64,000 nucleotides of DNA from Candidatus Hydrogenedentota bacterium (GTDB lineage Bacteria > Hydrogenedentota > Hydrogenedentia > Hydrogenedentales > SLHB01): contig CAXXYE010000001.1 of NCBI GenBank assembly GCA_963674865.2, forward strand, positions 32,001 to 96,000, written 5' to 3'. The notes under the pieces are model-generated. The model was not told the origin of the DNA. It did not search any database and saw only the letters and a list, made by a program, of their open reading frames with translations. A program made the translations under genes and the position numbers. Numbering within the stretch: position 1 is the first letter of the stretch; each line of letters begins with the position of its first letter. Below, piece after piece: positions 18,075 through 27,681 of the stretch.

Positions 18075-18731
18075 TTGGGTGGTAGTTCAGGTCTCTATGA
18101 GATTCCCATCTACCTTTTTTCGCTGCTCTTCTCGCTTTGCGTGCATGAGGCGGCACATGCGGTCGTCGCGGATCGCTGTGGTGACCCATCCGCGCGATTG
18201 CTTGGCCGCGCGACGCTCAATCCTTTCGCCCACATCGATCCCATCGGCACGGTGGTTATGCCCTTGCTGATGGTGCTTACCCAGGTGCCGTTCCTGATCG
18301 GCTGGGCCAAGCCAGTGCCGTACAACCCGAGAAACCTCAAAGACATCCGACGCGACCCGCTGCTGATCGCCTTAGCCGGCCCGGTGTCGAATCTGCTGTT
18401 GGCGTTTGCCAGCGCCCTGCTTCTGAAGCTCGTGATTATGGTTGAGCCGTGGCTTCCCGCCGAGCAGCTCGTTAATATGTTCGCCCTTCTCCTTTTCACC
18501 ATGATCATGGTGAATCTCATGTTAATGCTCTTCAATATGATACCGGTTCCGCCGCTGGATGGGCATCACCTACTTGAGTATTTTCTTCCTCCTCAAGGAC
18601 AGCGCGCTCTTGAACGCATTGGTCCTTTCGGCATTATCATAGCCATGGTCATTGCCTACAACTTTTTGCCAATTCCCTTCCGCTATCTCAACGACTTGGT
18701 TTCCTGGTTTGTTCTCGGCGGGCACGGCTGA
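18075..18731 (+). CDS. Site-2 protease family (M50) membrane metalloprotease
   Basis: HEAAH, TLNPFAHIDP, GWAKPVP, AGPVSN, FNMIPVPPLDG. Confidence 0.93.
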   Translation: MGGSSGLYEIPIYLFSLLFSLCVHEAAHAVVADRCGDPSARLLGRATLNPFAHIDPIGTVVMPLLMVLTQVPFLIGWAKPVPYNPRNLKDIRRDPLLIALAGPVSNLLLAFASALLLKLVIMVEPWLPAEQLVNMFALLLFTMIMVNLMLMLFNMIPVPPLDGHHLLEYFLPPQGQRALERIGPFGIIIAMVIAYNFLPIPFRYLNDLVSWFVLGGHG

Positions 18732-18795
18732 GCCTGCGCGCCTCACGCGGCAGGAGAGAGGGAGAGCGAGACGCATCGTGACAGGTCCTGTTTGT

Positions 18796-19605
18796 ATGCA
18801 GCGATTCATGTATTCCGTACTCGTTGCCGTCGCTCTGACGGTATGGGCGACGGAGGTGGCTGTTGGCGCTGTGGCGACTCAGGGCGGCCCCGAAGCGGGG
18901 CCTGTCATCGAGGCGCGTCCTCTCACGCTAGACATGGGCCTGATCTCTAACGAGGCGGGGGCGAGAGGTACCATCACGTTGCGAAACGTAGGCAAGGCGC
19001 CGCTGCTTATCGAACGAGTCAAGTCCTCGTGCAGTTGCACGGTGGGCCGTCTGGAAAAGAGCGAACTGGATCCCGGCGAGGCAACGGCACTCAGCATCAC
19101 CCTCATTCCAGCGAAGATACACGGCTTCACGGCGAAGAAGTCGCTGCTCATCCACTCCAATGATCCGAAGAATCCCATCCTGCGGATCTATGTCCTGGCT
19201 GAGATCGAGCCTGAGTACGAAATAGTCCCGCAGTCCATTGATTTCGGCGACGTGCGGAAGGGCCAAGGGGCGACTGCCACGCTGCTCGTACGTCAGCTTG
19301 ATGAGGAGTCGCTCGAGGTCACGGCCGTCAAGAAGCCTTTGCGGCAGTTGCCCGATGTCGCGTTCTCCGTTGTCAAGCGCCCGGCGGACCTCTGGACCTC
19401 GCCCGGGAAAGTGGAGTACGAAGTGACCGCGACCCTTTCCCCGGAGGCGCCCGCCGGCCCGCTGGACGGGCGCTTCTATGTGGTGACGAACTGCGCGCGT
19501 GTTCCGCGTCTGATGTGCCGCGTTAAGGGGGAGATAACCGGATCCGGCCTGCGCCGTGTCACGCGATGGCTGAGCGGCCTGTTCGGCTCGGAAGCGTCTC
19601 AGTGA
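18796..19605 (+). CDS. Secreted DUF1573-like Ig-fold protein
   Basis: Signal-like N-terminus from ATG 18796. LRNVGKAPLLIERVKSSCSCT, IHSNDP, and a second Ig-like repeat (IDFGDV). Confidence 0.75.
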   Translation: MQRFMYSVLVAVALTVWATEVAVGAVATQGGPEAGPVIEARPLTLDMGLISNEAGARGTITLRNVGKAPLLIERVKSSCSCTVGRLEKSELDPGEATALSITLIPAKIHGFTAKKSLLIHSNDPKNPILRIYVLAEIEPEYEIVPQSIDFGDVRKGQGATATLLVRQLDEESLEVTAVKKPLRQLPDVAFSVVKRPADLWTSPGKVEYEVTATLSPEAPAGPLDGRFYVVTNCARVPRLMCRVKGEITGSGLRRVTRWLSGLFGSEASQ

Positions 19606-19624
19606 CGCGGCTTCCCGATGGTTC

Positions 19625-20855
19625 CTGAGTACTCCCCAGTTTGGTTCTATGTAGGTGCGTAGACCAATCTAGCGATGGCCATAGCAACGGTGGTTCGTCC
19701 GATGAATTCGATGAAGTGGTTTCCTGTGGCGGCGAGGGAGAGGGCTCTGTTCTCGGCGGTGTTTGCTTTGAGTTGTTCGCCGAAGTCTTTGGTTTCGGCG
19801 AAGGCGCCGAAGGCGCACAGAAGAATGAAGGCAAGCATGACGATGATGAAGTGCACAGCGGTGCGCTGGCGGGAGGTGAGTTTCACTTCGTCCATGCCGA
19901 GCCCCCATTTGCGGTTCTTCAGATCTCGAAACATCATTTCAGTCCACCAGCGCTTCGCGTAGATGGATGTGATGGCCCGGGCCTCGCGATCTTCAATGTT
20001 TGTAATGAGATACCACGGCTCGTCGGCCTCCCAACCGAAGACGGTGACCAGCCGAAAGGGCGTCTTGTTGTCGGCGTCCTTTTCTCCCATCGTGCCCCAG
20101 CCCCAGTCTTTGGGGCGATAGCCTCGCCGTATCCCCAGTTCGGGGAGGGTGCCGATGTGGTGCTCGGTTTCGACCCAATGATTCTTGGACAGACGCTGCA
20201 CAAAGCACCATCCCCAGTTTGTGACATCGCGTATCCAGCGCTCGTTTCCGAAGCCCCGGTCGGCCACGATAATCGGAGTCACGCCGGGCGGACACATGGC
20301 GTGCAGGTCTCGCAGAATCTCTCGTTCAGCTTGGATGAGAGCCCCTTCACTTTCCGTCCCGAATTTGGTCGAATCGATGGAGATGGCGTGGAACGGCATA
20401 GAGCGGCCGTCTTGGGGAATGGAGAGAACCAGTTGTTCGAAGGCACCGCGATCCGTCCAATCGACCAGGACCAAGGGCCGTCGGTCTTGGCCTCGCAGGA
20501 TGTTGAACAACGCCTTGGCAATGGCGAAGGCTTCCACCTGCTCATTGCCTAAGAAGCGATCCACCCTTTTAATACGGTGCTTTGCGAGTGCCGGGCCATC
20601 CATGGCGCGTCCCAACGCCAACACGCCGACCCCTTTCATCTTCATGGCTCCTGCCGCGATATGGGCCAGCGTCTTGCGTCGCGACCGTCGCACCTCTTGC
20701 AGATTCCGGTCGAACCACTTCATAATCTTGCTCGGGCCAAACATGAAAAATCCTCCTGCTGACGACGGTTTTGGTCGACTTTCGCCAGTATACAGGTCGG
20801 AAACTCGTGTTTGGCCCTTATTCATGCACCTATCGCAAAACTGGGGATCACTTAG
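19625..20855 (-). mobile_element. Complete IS4-family insertion sequence (IS10-like), 1231 bp
   Basis: Imperfect terminal inverted repeats CTGAGTACTCCCCAGTTT (19625-19642) and CTAAGTGATCCCCAGTTT (reverse complement of 20838-20855). 9-bp direct repeat CGATGGTTC at 19616-19624 and 20856-20864. Confidence 0.95.
19647..20744 (-). CDS. IS4-family DDE transposase
   Basis: VLVDWT, IVADRGF and an exact Y-2-R-3-E-6-K signature (YAKRWWTEMMFRDLK). ATG 20744 follows SD AGGAGGA. Confidence 0.95.
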   Translation of the reverse strand: MFGPSKIMKWFDRNLQEVRRSRRKTLAHIAAGAMKMKGVGVLALGRAMDGPALAKHRIKRVDRFLGNEQVEAFAIAKALFNILRGQDRRPLVLVDWTDRGAFEQLVLSIPQDGRSMPFHAISIDSTKFGTESEGALIQAEREILRDLHAMCPPGVTPIIVADRGFGNERWIRDVTNWGWCFVQRLSKNHWVETEHHIGTLPELGIRRGYRPKDWGWGTMGEKDADNKTPFRLVTVFGWEADEPWYLITNIEDREARAITSIYAKRWWTEMMFRDLKNRKWGLGMDEVKLTSRQRTAVHFIIVMLAFILLCAFGAFAETKDFGEQLKANTAENRALSLAATGNHFIEFIGRTTVAMAIARLVYAPT

Positions 20856-20893
20856 CGATGGTTCCTACCTGATATGCCTTCCTCATCACGTTT

Positions 20894-20902
20894 TGCTATA
20901 AT
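20894..20902 (+). promoter_or_regulatory. Extended -10 promoter of valS
   Basis: TGCTATAAT, about 90 bp upstream of the valS ATG. Confidence 0.55.
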
Positions 20903-20990
20903 CCCGCTTCAATTCTGACCTCTAGTGCCCCGATGGGCATGAGCAGCACCTATTTCAAGAGGGATTGACAACCATTTCCGGGAGTGGCTG

Positions 20991-23582
20991 ATGGAACTGC
21001 CGAAGAAGTACAAAGCCGGCCAAACTGAACAGTGCTGGCGCGATCATTGGAAAGAGACGGGCGTCTATGCCTGGGACAGCACGCGGGGACGCGATGAGAC
21101 CTTTGTAGTGGACACTCCGCCGCCTACCGTCAGCGGCTCGCTCCACGTGGGGCATTTGTTCAGCTACGCCCACCAGGATTTCATCGTCCGCTACCAGCGT
21201 ATGCAGGGCAAGAATATTTTCTTCCCTATCGGTTGGGATGACAACGGCCTGCCCACGGAGCGGCGGGTCCAGAACATGTACAACGTGAAGTGCGACGCGC
21301 ACCTTCATTTCGACCCGGACCTTGAATTCAAGCGCGGGCGAAAAGGCGAGCCGCTGCGCATCAGCCGGACAAACTTCATCAACCTTTGCGACGAGGTCAC
21401 CAGGGAAGACGAGGAGGCCTTTCGTCGATTGTGGACGCGTTTAGGCCTTTCCTACGACTGGGATGAAGAATACGCCACCATCAACGATCACTGCCGCCGT
21501 ATCTCGCAGTACAGCTTCCTCGAACTCCTCGAGAAGGGCGAGGTCTATCAGGCCGAGCGGCCCGTCATGTGGGATATCGATTTCCAGACGGCCATCGCCC
21601 AGGCCGAAGTCGTCGATAAGGAGATGCGTGGGGCGTTCCATTACCTGCGCTTTGGCGTGCAGGACGGCGACCGCGCTCATGTCGTCATTGCCACCACCCG
21701 GCCGGAGCTGCTCCCTGCTTGCGTGGCCGTGCTGGCCCACCCGGACGACGAGCGGTACAAGCCGCTATTCGGCAAGAAGGCGATCACGCCGCTATTTCAC
21801 GCGCCTGTGCCGATCATGGCCGATCCGCAGGCCGATCCCGAGAAGGGCACCGGCATTGTCATGGTGTGTACTTTCGGCGATCAGACCGACGTCGAATGGT
21901 GGCGGGAATACAAGCTGCCGCTGCGTCAAATCGTTGGTTGGGACGGATGTCTAATGCCGGTTACCTTCGGTGAACCGGGCTGGGAAAGCGCCGATCCGGA
22001 CGCCGCCAACGCCGTCTACGGGCAGCTCGCAGGCCTTTCCGTCTCCAAGGCTCAGAAGAAGATTGTCGAGATCGCCGAAGCCACCGACGGGGTGCTCGAC
22101 CGCCCGCGGCTAGATATCACACACGCGGTGCGCGTCTTTGACAAAGGCGACCGTCCCCTCGAACTGATTCCGACCCGCCAATGGTTTGCGCGGATCATGG
22201 ACAAGAAAGAGGCCCTCATCGGCCAGGGCAACAAGATCCAATGGCATCCTGCCTTCATGCGTACGCGCTACGAACATTGGGTCGAGGGGCTGAAAGAGGA
22301 CTGGTGCCTGAGCCGGCAGCGGTTTTTCGGCGTGCCCATTCCCGTCTGGTACCGCGTCGACGACGACGGCCAGGTGCGCTATGACGAGCGCATTGTCCCC
22401 AGTGCCGATGAATTGCCCATCGACCCACTCGACGATGCGCCCGCCGGTTTCACCGAAGACCAGCGCGACCAGCCCGGCGGCTTCTCCGGCGACCCCGACG
22501 TACTGGACACGTGGGCCACGAGTTCCCTCACGCCGCAGATCGCTACAAAATGGATCCTCGACCGGGAGCGCCACGGCAAGCTGTTCCCGATGGATATCCG
22601 CCCCCAGAGCCACGAGATCATCCGCACGTGGGCGTTCTACACCATTGTGAAGGCGTATCTACATGAGAACGAGATTCCTTGGCGGCATGTCGTCATCAGC
22701 GGATGGATCCTCGACCCCGACCGCAAGAAGATGTCCAAGAGCCAAGGGAACGTCGTCACGCCCGAGCCGCTCTTGGACGAGTTCGGTGCGGATAGTGTGC
22801 GCTATTGGGCGGCCCGGGCGCGGCTGGGCGTCGATACCGCCTACGATGAGCAGATGTTCCGCGTCGGCAAGCGACTCTGCACGAAGTTATTCAACGCCAG
22901 CAAGTTCGCCATCGGCCGCTTCGCGGGCATCGACCCGGCCCAGCTAGGGCCTGAGGCAATTACCGTGGAGACGGACCGCGCCGTCATCCGTGAGTTGCGG
23001 CCGCTCATCGAGCGAGCCACCGCCGCCTTCGACGAGTTCGATTACGCGCAAGCCCTGTCGCTCGTGGAGGACTTTTTCTGGCGGACTTTCTGCGATAACT
23101 ACCTCGAACTGGCCAAGTCGCGTACCTATGAAGAGGAATTGACGGAGGGCCGCCTCTCCGCCGCGGCCACACTGCGTCTTGTGCACCGTGCCTTAGTCCG
23201 GATGATGGCGCCGTATGTGCCCTACCTAACCGAGGAGGTCTGGCACTGGTGTTACACCGATGACCCGGGCATGCACGAATCCGTGCACCGAAGTCCCTGG
23301 CCGACGCTCGACGAGTTGGCCGCCGTGCCGGAACCTGCCGGGCCTCAGACTTACGAGGCGACGATTGTTGTCGTCGAGGCCGTGCGTAAAGCCAAGACGG
23401 ACGCGAACTTAAGTATGAGCGCTCCCGTCAAGAGCGTTAGCGTCACGGCGAAACAACCGGTTCTCGAGCTGTTGGGCGCCACCATCGAGGACATCAAGGG
23501 AATGCTCCATATCGAGCAGGCCGAACTCACCGAAGGAGATCCCGGCGAGGGCCTGGTTGCCGTTCAAACAAACCTATCGTAG
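20991..23582 (+). CDS. valS: Valine--tRNA ligase, type 2 (short, archaeal/actinobacterial-like)
   Basis: DTPPPTVSGSLHVGH (HIGH), GWDDNGLPTE, ATTRPEL, KGTGIVMVCTFGD, DWCLSRQR, KMSKS. Confidence 0.96.
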   Translation: MELPKKYKAGQTEQCWRDHWKETGVYAWDSTRGRDETFVVDTPPPTVSGSLHVGHLFSYAHQDFIVRYQRMQGKNIFFPIGWDDNGLPTERRVQNMYNVKCDAHLHFDPDLEFKRGRKGEPLRISRTNFINLCDEVTREDEEAFRRLWTRLGLSYDWDEEYATINDHCRRISQYSFLELLEKGEVYQAERPVMWDIDFQTAIAQAEVVDKEMRGAFHYLRFGVQDGDRAHVVIATTRPELLPACVAVLAHPDDERYKPLFGKKAITPLFHAPVPIMADPQADPEKGTGIVMVCTFGDQTDVEWWREYKLPLRQIVGWDGCLMPVTFGEPGWESADPDAANAVYGQLAGLSVSKAQKKIVEIAEATDGVLDRPRLDITHAVRVFDKGDRPLELIPTRQWFARIMDKKEALIGQGNKIQWHPAFMRTRYEHWVEGLKEDWCLSRQRFFGVPIPVWYRVDDDGQVRYDERIVPSADELPIDPLDDAPAGFTEDQRDQPGGFSGDPDVLDTWATSSLTPQIATKWILDRERHGKLFPMDIRPQSHEIIRTWAFYTIVKAYLHENEIPWRHVVISGWILDPDRKKMSKSQGNVVTPEPLLDEFGADSVRYWAARARLGVDTAYDEQMFRVGKRLCTKLFNASKFAIGRFAGIDPAQLGPEAITVETDRAVIRELRPLIERATAAFDEFDYAQALSLVEDFFWRTFCDNYLELAKSRTYEEELTEGRLSAAATLRLVHRALVRMMAPYVPYLTEEVWHWCYTDDPGMHESVHRSPWPTLDELAAVPEPAGPQTYEATIVVVEAVRKAKTDANLSMSAPVKSVSVTAKQPVLELLGATIEDIKGMLHIEQAELTEGDPGEGLVAVQTNLS

Positions 23583-23602
23583 TTTTTCCATTGCCGGGCC
23601 GG

Positions 23603-23631
23603 TTGACACGGCCGTAAGTCATTGGTAGAAT
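23603..23631 (+). promoter_or_regulatory. Strong sigma70 promoter of the rib operon
   Basis: TTGACA (23603-23608), 17-bp spacer ending in TGG, TAGAAT (23626-23631). Sits immediately before the riboswitch. Confidence 0.85.
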
Positions 23632-23650
23632 TGCTCTATAGGCTGAGTAG

Positions 23651-23766
23651 ATAGCCTTCGGGACAGGGTGAAATTCCCGACCGGCGGTGAAAGCCCGCGA
23701 GCGCGAATGCGCTGATCCGGTGAGACTCCGGGGCCGACGGTAGAGTCCGGATGGGAGAAGGAAGCA
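23651..23766 (+). ncRNA. FMN riboswitch (RFN element)
   Basis: Conserved CTTCGGGACAGGGTGAAATTCCCGACCGGCGGT...AGCCCGCGAGC...GATCCGGTGAGACTCCGGGGCCGACGGTAGAGTCCGGATGGGAGAAG, upstream of ribD. Confidence 0.97.
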
Positions 23767-23774
23767 TAAGGTAT

Positions 23775-23812
23775 GTCCCGTGGGCCGTGGTGCCTGTGGG
23801 ACGTTTTCTATT
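23775..23812 (+). terminator. Riboswitch expression-platform hairpin with U-rich tail
   Basis: GTCCCGTGGGC / GCCTGTGGGAC stem (with G-U pairs) followed by GTTTTCTATT, ending directly before the ribD ATG. Confidence 0.6.
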
Positions 23813-24904
23813 ATGGGCAGCGATATTGACTACATGCGGCGGGCGCTTGACCTTGCTGCGCGTGCTCGCGGACGTACCAGCCCGAATCCTATGGTCGGGT
23901 GCGTGGCTGTCCGCGATGGCGCAATCATTGGCGAAGGCTTCCACGCGAAGGCGGGCGAGCCACACGCCGAAGTGAACGCCATCCGCGCCGCGGGCGATGT
24001 CCAGGGCGCGACAATATATGTCACGCTCGAGCCTTGCTGCCATCAAGGCCGGACCCCTCCTTGCACCGGCCTGATTATCGAGCACAAGCCCGCGCGTGTG
24101 GTTGTGGCCATGCACGACCCCAATCCGAAGGTCGCCGGCGAAGGTATTTTCCAGTTGCGCGACGCAGGCATTCACGTGGACGTGGGGGTGCTTGAGGAAG
24201 AAGCCCGGCGGTTGAACGAGGCTTACATCAAGTACATCACGACTGACACGCCTTTCGTCATTTCGAAGTGCGCCATGACGCTTGACGGCAAGATTGCGAC
24301 ATACACTGGGGATTCCCGGTGGATAACCGGTGAGGCGGCCCGGCACCTGGTGCATGAACTGCGCAATCAGGTCGATGCCATTCTCGTCGGAAGTCGAACG
24401 GTTATGCTGGACGACCCGAGCTTGACAACACGCCTTGAACAGGGCGAAGGCAAAGATCCCGTGCGGATCATCCTCGACGCCGACGAGTACCTGAACGGGA
24501 CATCACGGGTATTTCATCTCGAAAGTGATGCACCTACATGGGTCGTCGTGCCCGAGGGCCACACCTTCAAGGGGGCCGACGATGTCCTGCACGTATCCGC
24601 ACACGGCAGCGGGGTCGACATGAACGCCTTGATGAAGGAACTGGCCGGGCGGGACATCGTATCGGTTCTCATTGAAGGCGGCGGCGCTACGCATGCCTCA
24701 GCCTTCGAGGCCGGTATTGTGGACAGGGTTATGTTCTTTGTCGCTCCGAAGATCGTGGGCGGCCGCGACGCCGTGACAGCCGTGGAGGGACACGGTGTTC
24801 AGCATATGAGCGAGGCCATCGGTTTGGAGAGGATGAGCGTTCGCACGGTGGGCGAGGACATCCTGATCGAGGGATACGTCAAAGGAGAACATGTTGCCCA
24901 CTGA
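23813..24904 (+). CDS. ribD: Bifunctional pyrimidine deaminase/reductase RibD
   Basis: PNPMVG, HAE, TLEPCCHQGRTPPC, TLDGKIA, DDPSLT, IEGGG. Confidence 0.96.
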   Translation: MGSDIDYMRRALDLAARARGRTSPNPMVGCVAVRDGAIIGEGFHAKAGEPHAEVNAIRAAGDVQGATIYVTLEPCCHQGRTPPCTGLIIEHKPARVVVAMHDPNPKVAGEGIFQLRDAGIHVDVGVLEEEARRLNEAYIKYITTDTPFVISKCAMTLDGKIATYTGDSRWITGEAARHLVHELRNQVDAILVGSRTVMLDDPSLTTRLEQGEGKDPVRIILDADEYLNGTSRVFHLESDAPTWVVVPEGHTFKGADDVLHVSAHGSGVDMNALMKELAGRDIVSVLIEGGGATHASAFEAGIVDRVMFFVAPKIVGGRDAVTAVEGHGVQHMSEAIGLERMSVRTVGEDILIEGYVKGEHVAH

Positions 24905-24942
24905 ACTTGCCAAGACTGCGTATGCGATGAGGAGCGTCTAGC

Positions 24943-25569
24943 GTGTTTACCGGAATCATCGAGGAGGTGGGTGCGATATCGCGTCGATCCGGGCCGGATA
25001 TCGCCATCATGGCCAAGACGGTTCTTGAGGACCTGAACCTTGGCGACAGCGTCGCCGTGGATGGTGCGTGCCTTACCGTTGCGGCCATCAATACCGATAA
25101 CTTTGTGGTTCAGGCCTCGCCTGAAACGCTCGAGCGCACCACGCTGGCCGGCCTCCGCCCGGGGGACGCGGTGAATCTCGAACGCGCGATGGCGGCGGGT
25201 GGGCGCTTCGGCGGACACTTTGTTCTCGGCCATGTGGACGGCGTCGGCTGTGTGGACGGCGTGAGCAATAGAGGCGAGTTCAGCATATGGTGTTTTCGCG
25301 CGCCGCAAGAAGTGGCCAAGTACCTGGTTCCCAAGGGCTCAATAGCCGTTGACGGCATCAGCCTGACGGTCGTCGAGCCGGTGGGCGACACGTTTAGCGT
25401 GGCGATTATCCCGACGACGATTGCGGAGACGACGCTGTCAACGAAACGCCCGGGCGACGCGGTGAATCTTGAGGCCGATGTCGTCGGGAAACACGTTTAC
25501 CATTACGTGACGGGCCGCGCAAAGGGCGCGGTGACGATGGACCTGCTCTCCCGGCAGGGATACCTGTAG
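24943..25569 (+). CDS. ribE: Riboflavin synthase (alpha chain)
   Basis: MFTGII, GDSVAVDGACLT, VNLERA, GGHFVLGHVD, KGSIAVDGISLT. Confidence 0.97.
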   Translation: MFTGIIEEVGAISRRSGPDIAIMAKTVLEDLNLGDSVAVDGACLTVAAINTDNFVVQASPETLERTTLAGLRPGDAVNLERAMAAGGRFGGHFVLGHVDGVGCVDGVSNRGEFSIWCFRAPQEVAKYLVPKGSIAVDGISLTVVEPVGDTFSVAIIPTTIAETTLSTKRPGDAVNLEADVVGKHVYHYVTGRAKGAVTMDLLSRQGYL

Positions 25570-25578
25570 GAATACGCT

Positions 25579-26802
25579 ATGTTTGCTTCAGTACCTGAGA
25601 TTCTTGACGAGGTTCGCGAAGGGCGCATTGTGATTCTCGTGGACGATGAAGACCGTGAGAACGAGGGCGATCTGATGATCGCCGCGGAGAAAGTCACCCC
25701 CGAGGCCGTCAACTTCATGGCCCAACAGGGACGCGGACTTGTCTGTCTGGCGATGATGCCTGAGCGTATCGACATGTTGAACTTGCCGCCCATGGCCCCC
25801 GTGAACACCTCGCGATTCCAGACGGCCTTCCACTGCTCGTTTGAAGCGGCCACCGGAGTGACAACGGGCATCAGCGCCTACGATCGCGCACACTCGATCC
25901 GTGTGGCCATCGATCCCGCTTGCGGGGCAGCCGACCTAGTGCGGCCGGGCCATGTGTTCCCTCTGCGCGCCCGGGAAGGCGGCGTGCTCGTGCGCGCCGG
26001 GCAAACGGAAGGCTCGGTGGACCTGGCCCGGATGGCCGGCATGAATCCGTCCGCCGTGATCTGCGAGATCATGAGTTCGGACGGCACCATGGCCCGGGTG
26101 CCCGAGCTCGAGGTGTTTGCAGAGGAACACGGGCTGAAGCTGTGTTCCGTGCAGAGCATCATCGAGTACCGGCGCAGGACCGAGCGGCTTGTCCGCCGTT
26201 CTGCCGAGACTGTCCTGCCCACGCAGCACGGGCCTTTCCGGCTTGTCGTTTACGAGACGGACATTGACGACTACCACCACCTTGCGCTTGTGAAAGGTGA
26301 CGTGGCGGACAAAGAAGACGTTTTGGTACGTGTCCATTCGGAGTGTTTGACGGGCGACGTCTTCCAGTCGATGCGGTGCGATTGCGGGAGCCAGTTGCAC
26401 CGGGCCATGGGTATGATCGAGCAGGAAGGACTCGGCGTTCTGGTGTATATGCGCCAAGAAGGACGCGGCATCGGATTGGTTAACAAGATCAAGGCCTACG
26501 AACTGCAGGACCGCGGTTTCGACACCGTTGAGGCGAATGTCCACCTCGGCTTCGATCCCGACCCACGCGAGTACGGCATCGGCGCGCAAATCCTGGCGGA
26601 CTTGGGTGTCACGAGCATGCGGCTTATCACCAACAATCCCGTCAAGCGCACGGGACTGGAGGGCTACGGACTTCAGGTGACGGGGCGTGTGCCCATCGAA
26701 ATCCCGCCGAACGAAGTCAACGAACGCTATCTAAACACAAAACGAGACAAACTGGGTCATTTGCTGTCGGGAAGGGAGACGTCTCATGCCGAAAGTGATT
26801 GA
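25579..26802 (+). CDS. ribBA: Bifunctional DHBP synthase / GTP cyclohydrolase II
   Basis: [48 protein letters not shown]. Confidence 0.97.
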   Translation: MFASVPEILDEVREGRIVILVDDEDRENEGDLMIAAEKVTPEAVNFMAQQGRGLVCLAMMPERIDMLNLPPMAPVNTSRFQTAFHCSFEAATGVTTGISAYDRAHSIRVAIDPACGAADLVRPGHVFPLRAREGGVLVRAGQTEGSVDLARMAGMNPSAVICEIMSSDGTMARVPELEVFAEEHGLKLCSVQSIIEYRRRTERLVRRSAETVLPTQHGPFRLVVYETDIDDYHHLALVKGDVADKEDVLVRVHSECLTGDVFQSMRCDCGSQLHRAMGMIEQEGLGVLVYMRQEGRGIGLVNKIKAYELQDRGFDTVEANVHLGFDPDPREYGIGAQILADLGVTSMRLITNNPVKRTGLEGYGLQVTGRVPIEIPPNEVNERYLNTKRDKLGHLLSGRETSHAESD

Positions 26803-27250
26803 AGGTCAACTTGTCAGCAAGGGGAAGAAGTACGGCATTGTTGTGTCACGGTTCAACGAGTTCATCTCGGCCAAGCTGTTGGGCGGGGCCTTGGACGCGC
26901 TGGCGCGCCACGGCGTCAAGGACAACGAGATCACCGTTGCCTGGGCGCCGGGCTCCTTCGAGGTGCCGTTCGTGGCCAAGAAGATGGCCGAGTCGGGCGC
27001 TTATGACGCCATTATTGCACTGGGCGCCGTTATCCGTGGCAACACGCCCCACTTCGAGTACGTTGCCAGCGAAGCCGCCAAAGGTGTGGCTCAAGTCGCG
27101 TTGCAGACAGGCGTGCCTGTGGTATTCGGCATCCTCACGACCGACACCATCGAGCAAGCGGTCGAGCGGGCGGGCACGAAGGCCGGCAACAAAGGATTCG
27201 ACGCGGCCGCAGGCGCCATAGAAATGGTGAACCTCGTGGAGCAGCTGTAG
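26786..27250 (+). CDS. ribH: 6,7-dimethyl-8-ribityllumazine synthase
   Basis: [33 protein letters not shown]. Confidence 0.97.
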   Translation: MPKVIEGQLVSKGKKYGIVVSRFNEFISAKLLGGALDALARHGVKDNEITVAWAPGSFEVPFVAKKMAESGAYDAIIALGAVIRGNTPHFEYVASEAAKGVAQVALQTGVPVVFGILTTDTIEQAVERAGTKAGNKGFDAAAGAIEMVNLVEQL

Positions 27251-27252
27251 CC

Positions 27253-27681
27253 GTGCCCCATCCTCGGATTGGCAGGCTGGCCCGTGAACGGGCCGCGCAA
27301 CTCCTTTTTGGCTTGGACTTCACCGGCTATGACTGGAGAGATGCCATCGACGCGTTCTGGCAAGAGTTCCCCGCGCGGCCCAGCGTCAAGCACTACGCGG
27401 AGCAGCTCATCGAGGGAGTCGCCGGACATCGTGAGGCGCTTGACGTAGCCATTGTAGGCGCCCTCGAGAAGTGGTCGCCCGCACGCGTGGGACGCGTCGA
27501 ATGGAACATTCTCCGTGTGGCGCTGTACGAGATGCGGCACATCGAGGATGTTCCTGAACGCGTCGCCATTAACGAGGCCATCGAGGTGGCCAAGCGCCTG
27601 GGAGCCGATGATGCGCCGCGGTTTATCAACGGCGTCCTAGACCGGCTGAGGGAGGACGCGCCGCGGGCAACCCATACGTAG
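27253..27681 (+). CDS. nusB: Transcription antitermination factor NusB
   Basis: RLARERA, ILRVALYEM, VAINEAIEVAK, FINGVLD. Follows ribH. Confidence 0.93.
   Translation: MPHPRIGRLARERAAQLLFGLDFTGYDWRDAIDAFWQEFPARPSVKHYAEQLIEGVAGHREALDVAIVGALEKWSPARVGRVEWNILRVALYEMRHIEDVPERVAINEAIEVAKRLGADDAPRFINGVLDRLREDAPRATHT

Noticed and set aside
17563..18189. 208-aa minus-strand ORF and scattered hairpins in the HU/site-2-protease spacer
   Set aside because: The ORF overlaps promoters and the protease gene and has no recognisable motif. The hairpins match no riboswitch consensus I recognise.
23636..24355. Minus-strand ORF spanning the riboswitch and ribD
   Set aside because: It is antisense to the FMN riboswitch and ribD, with no independent evidence.
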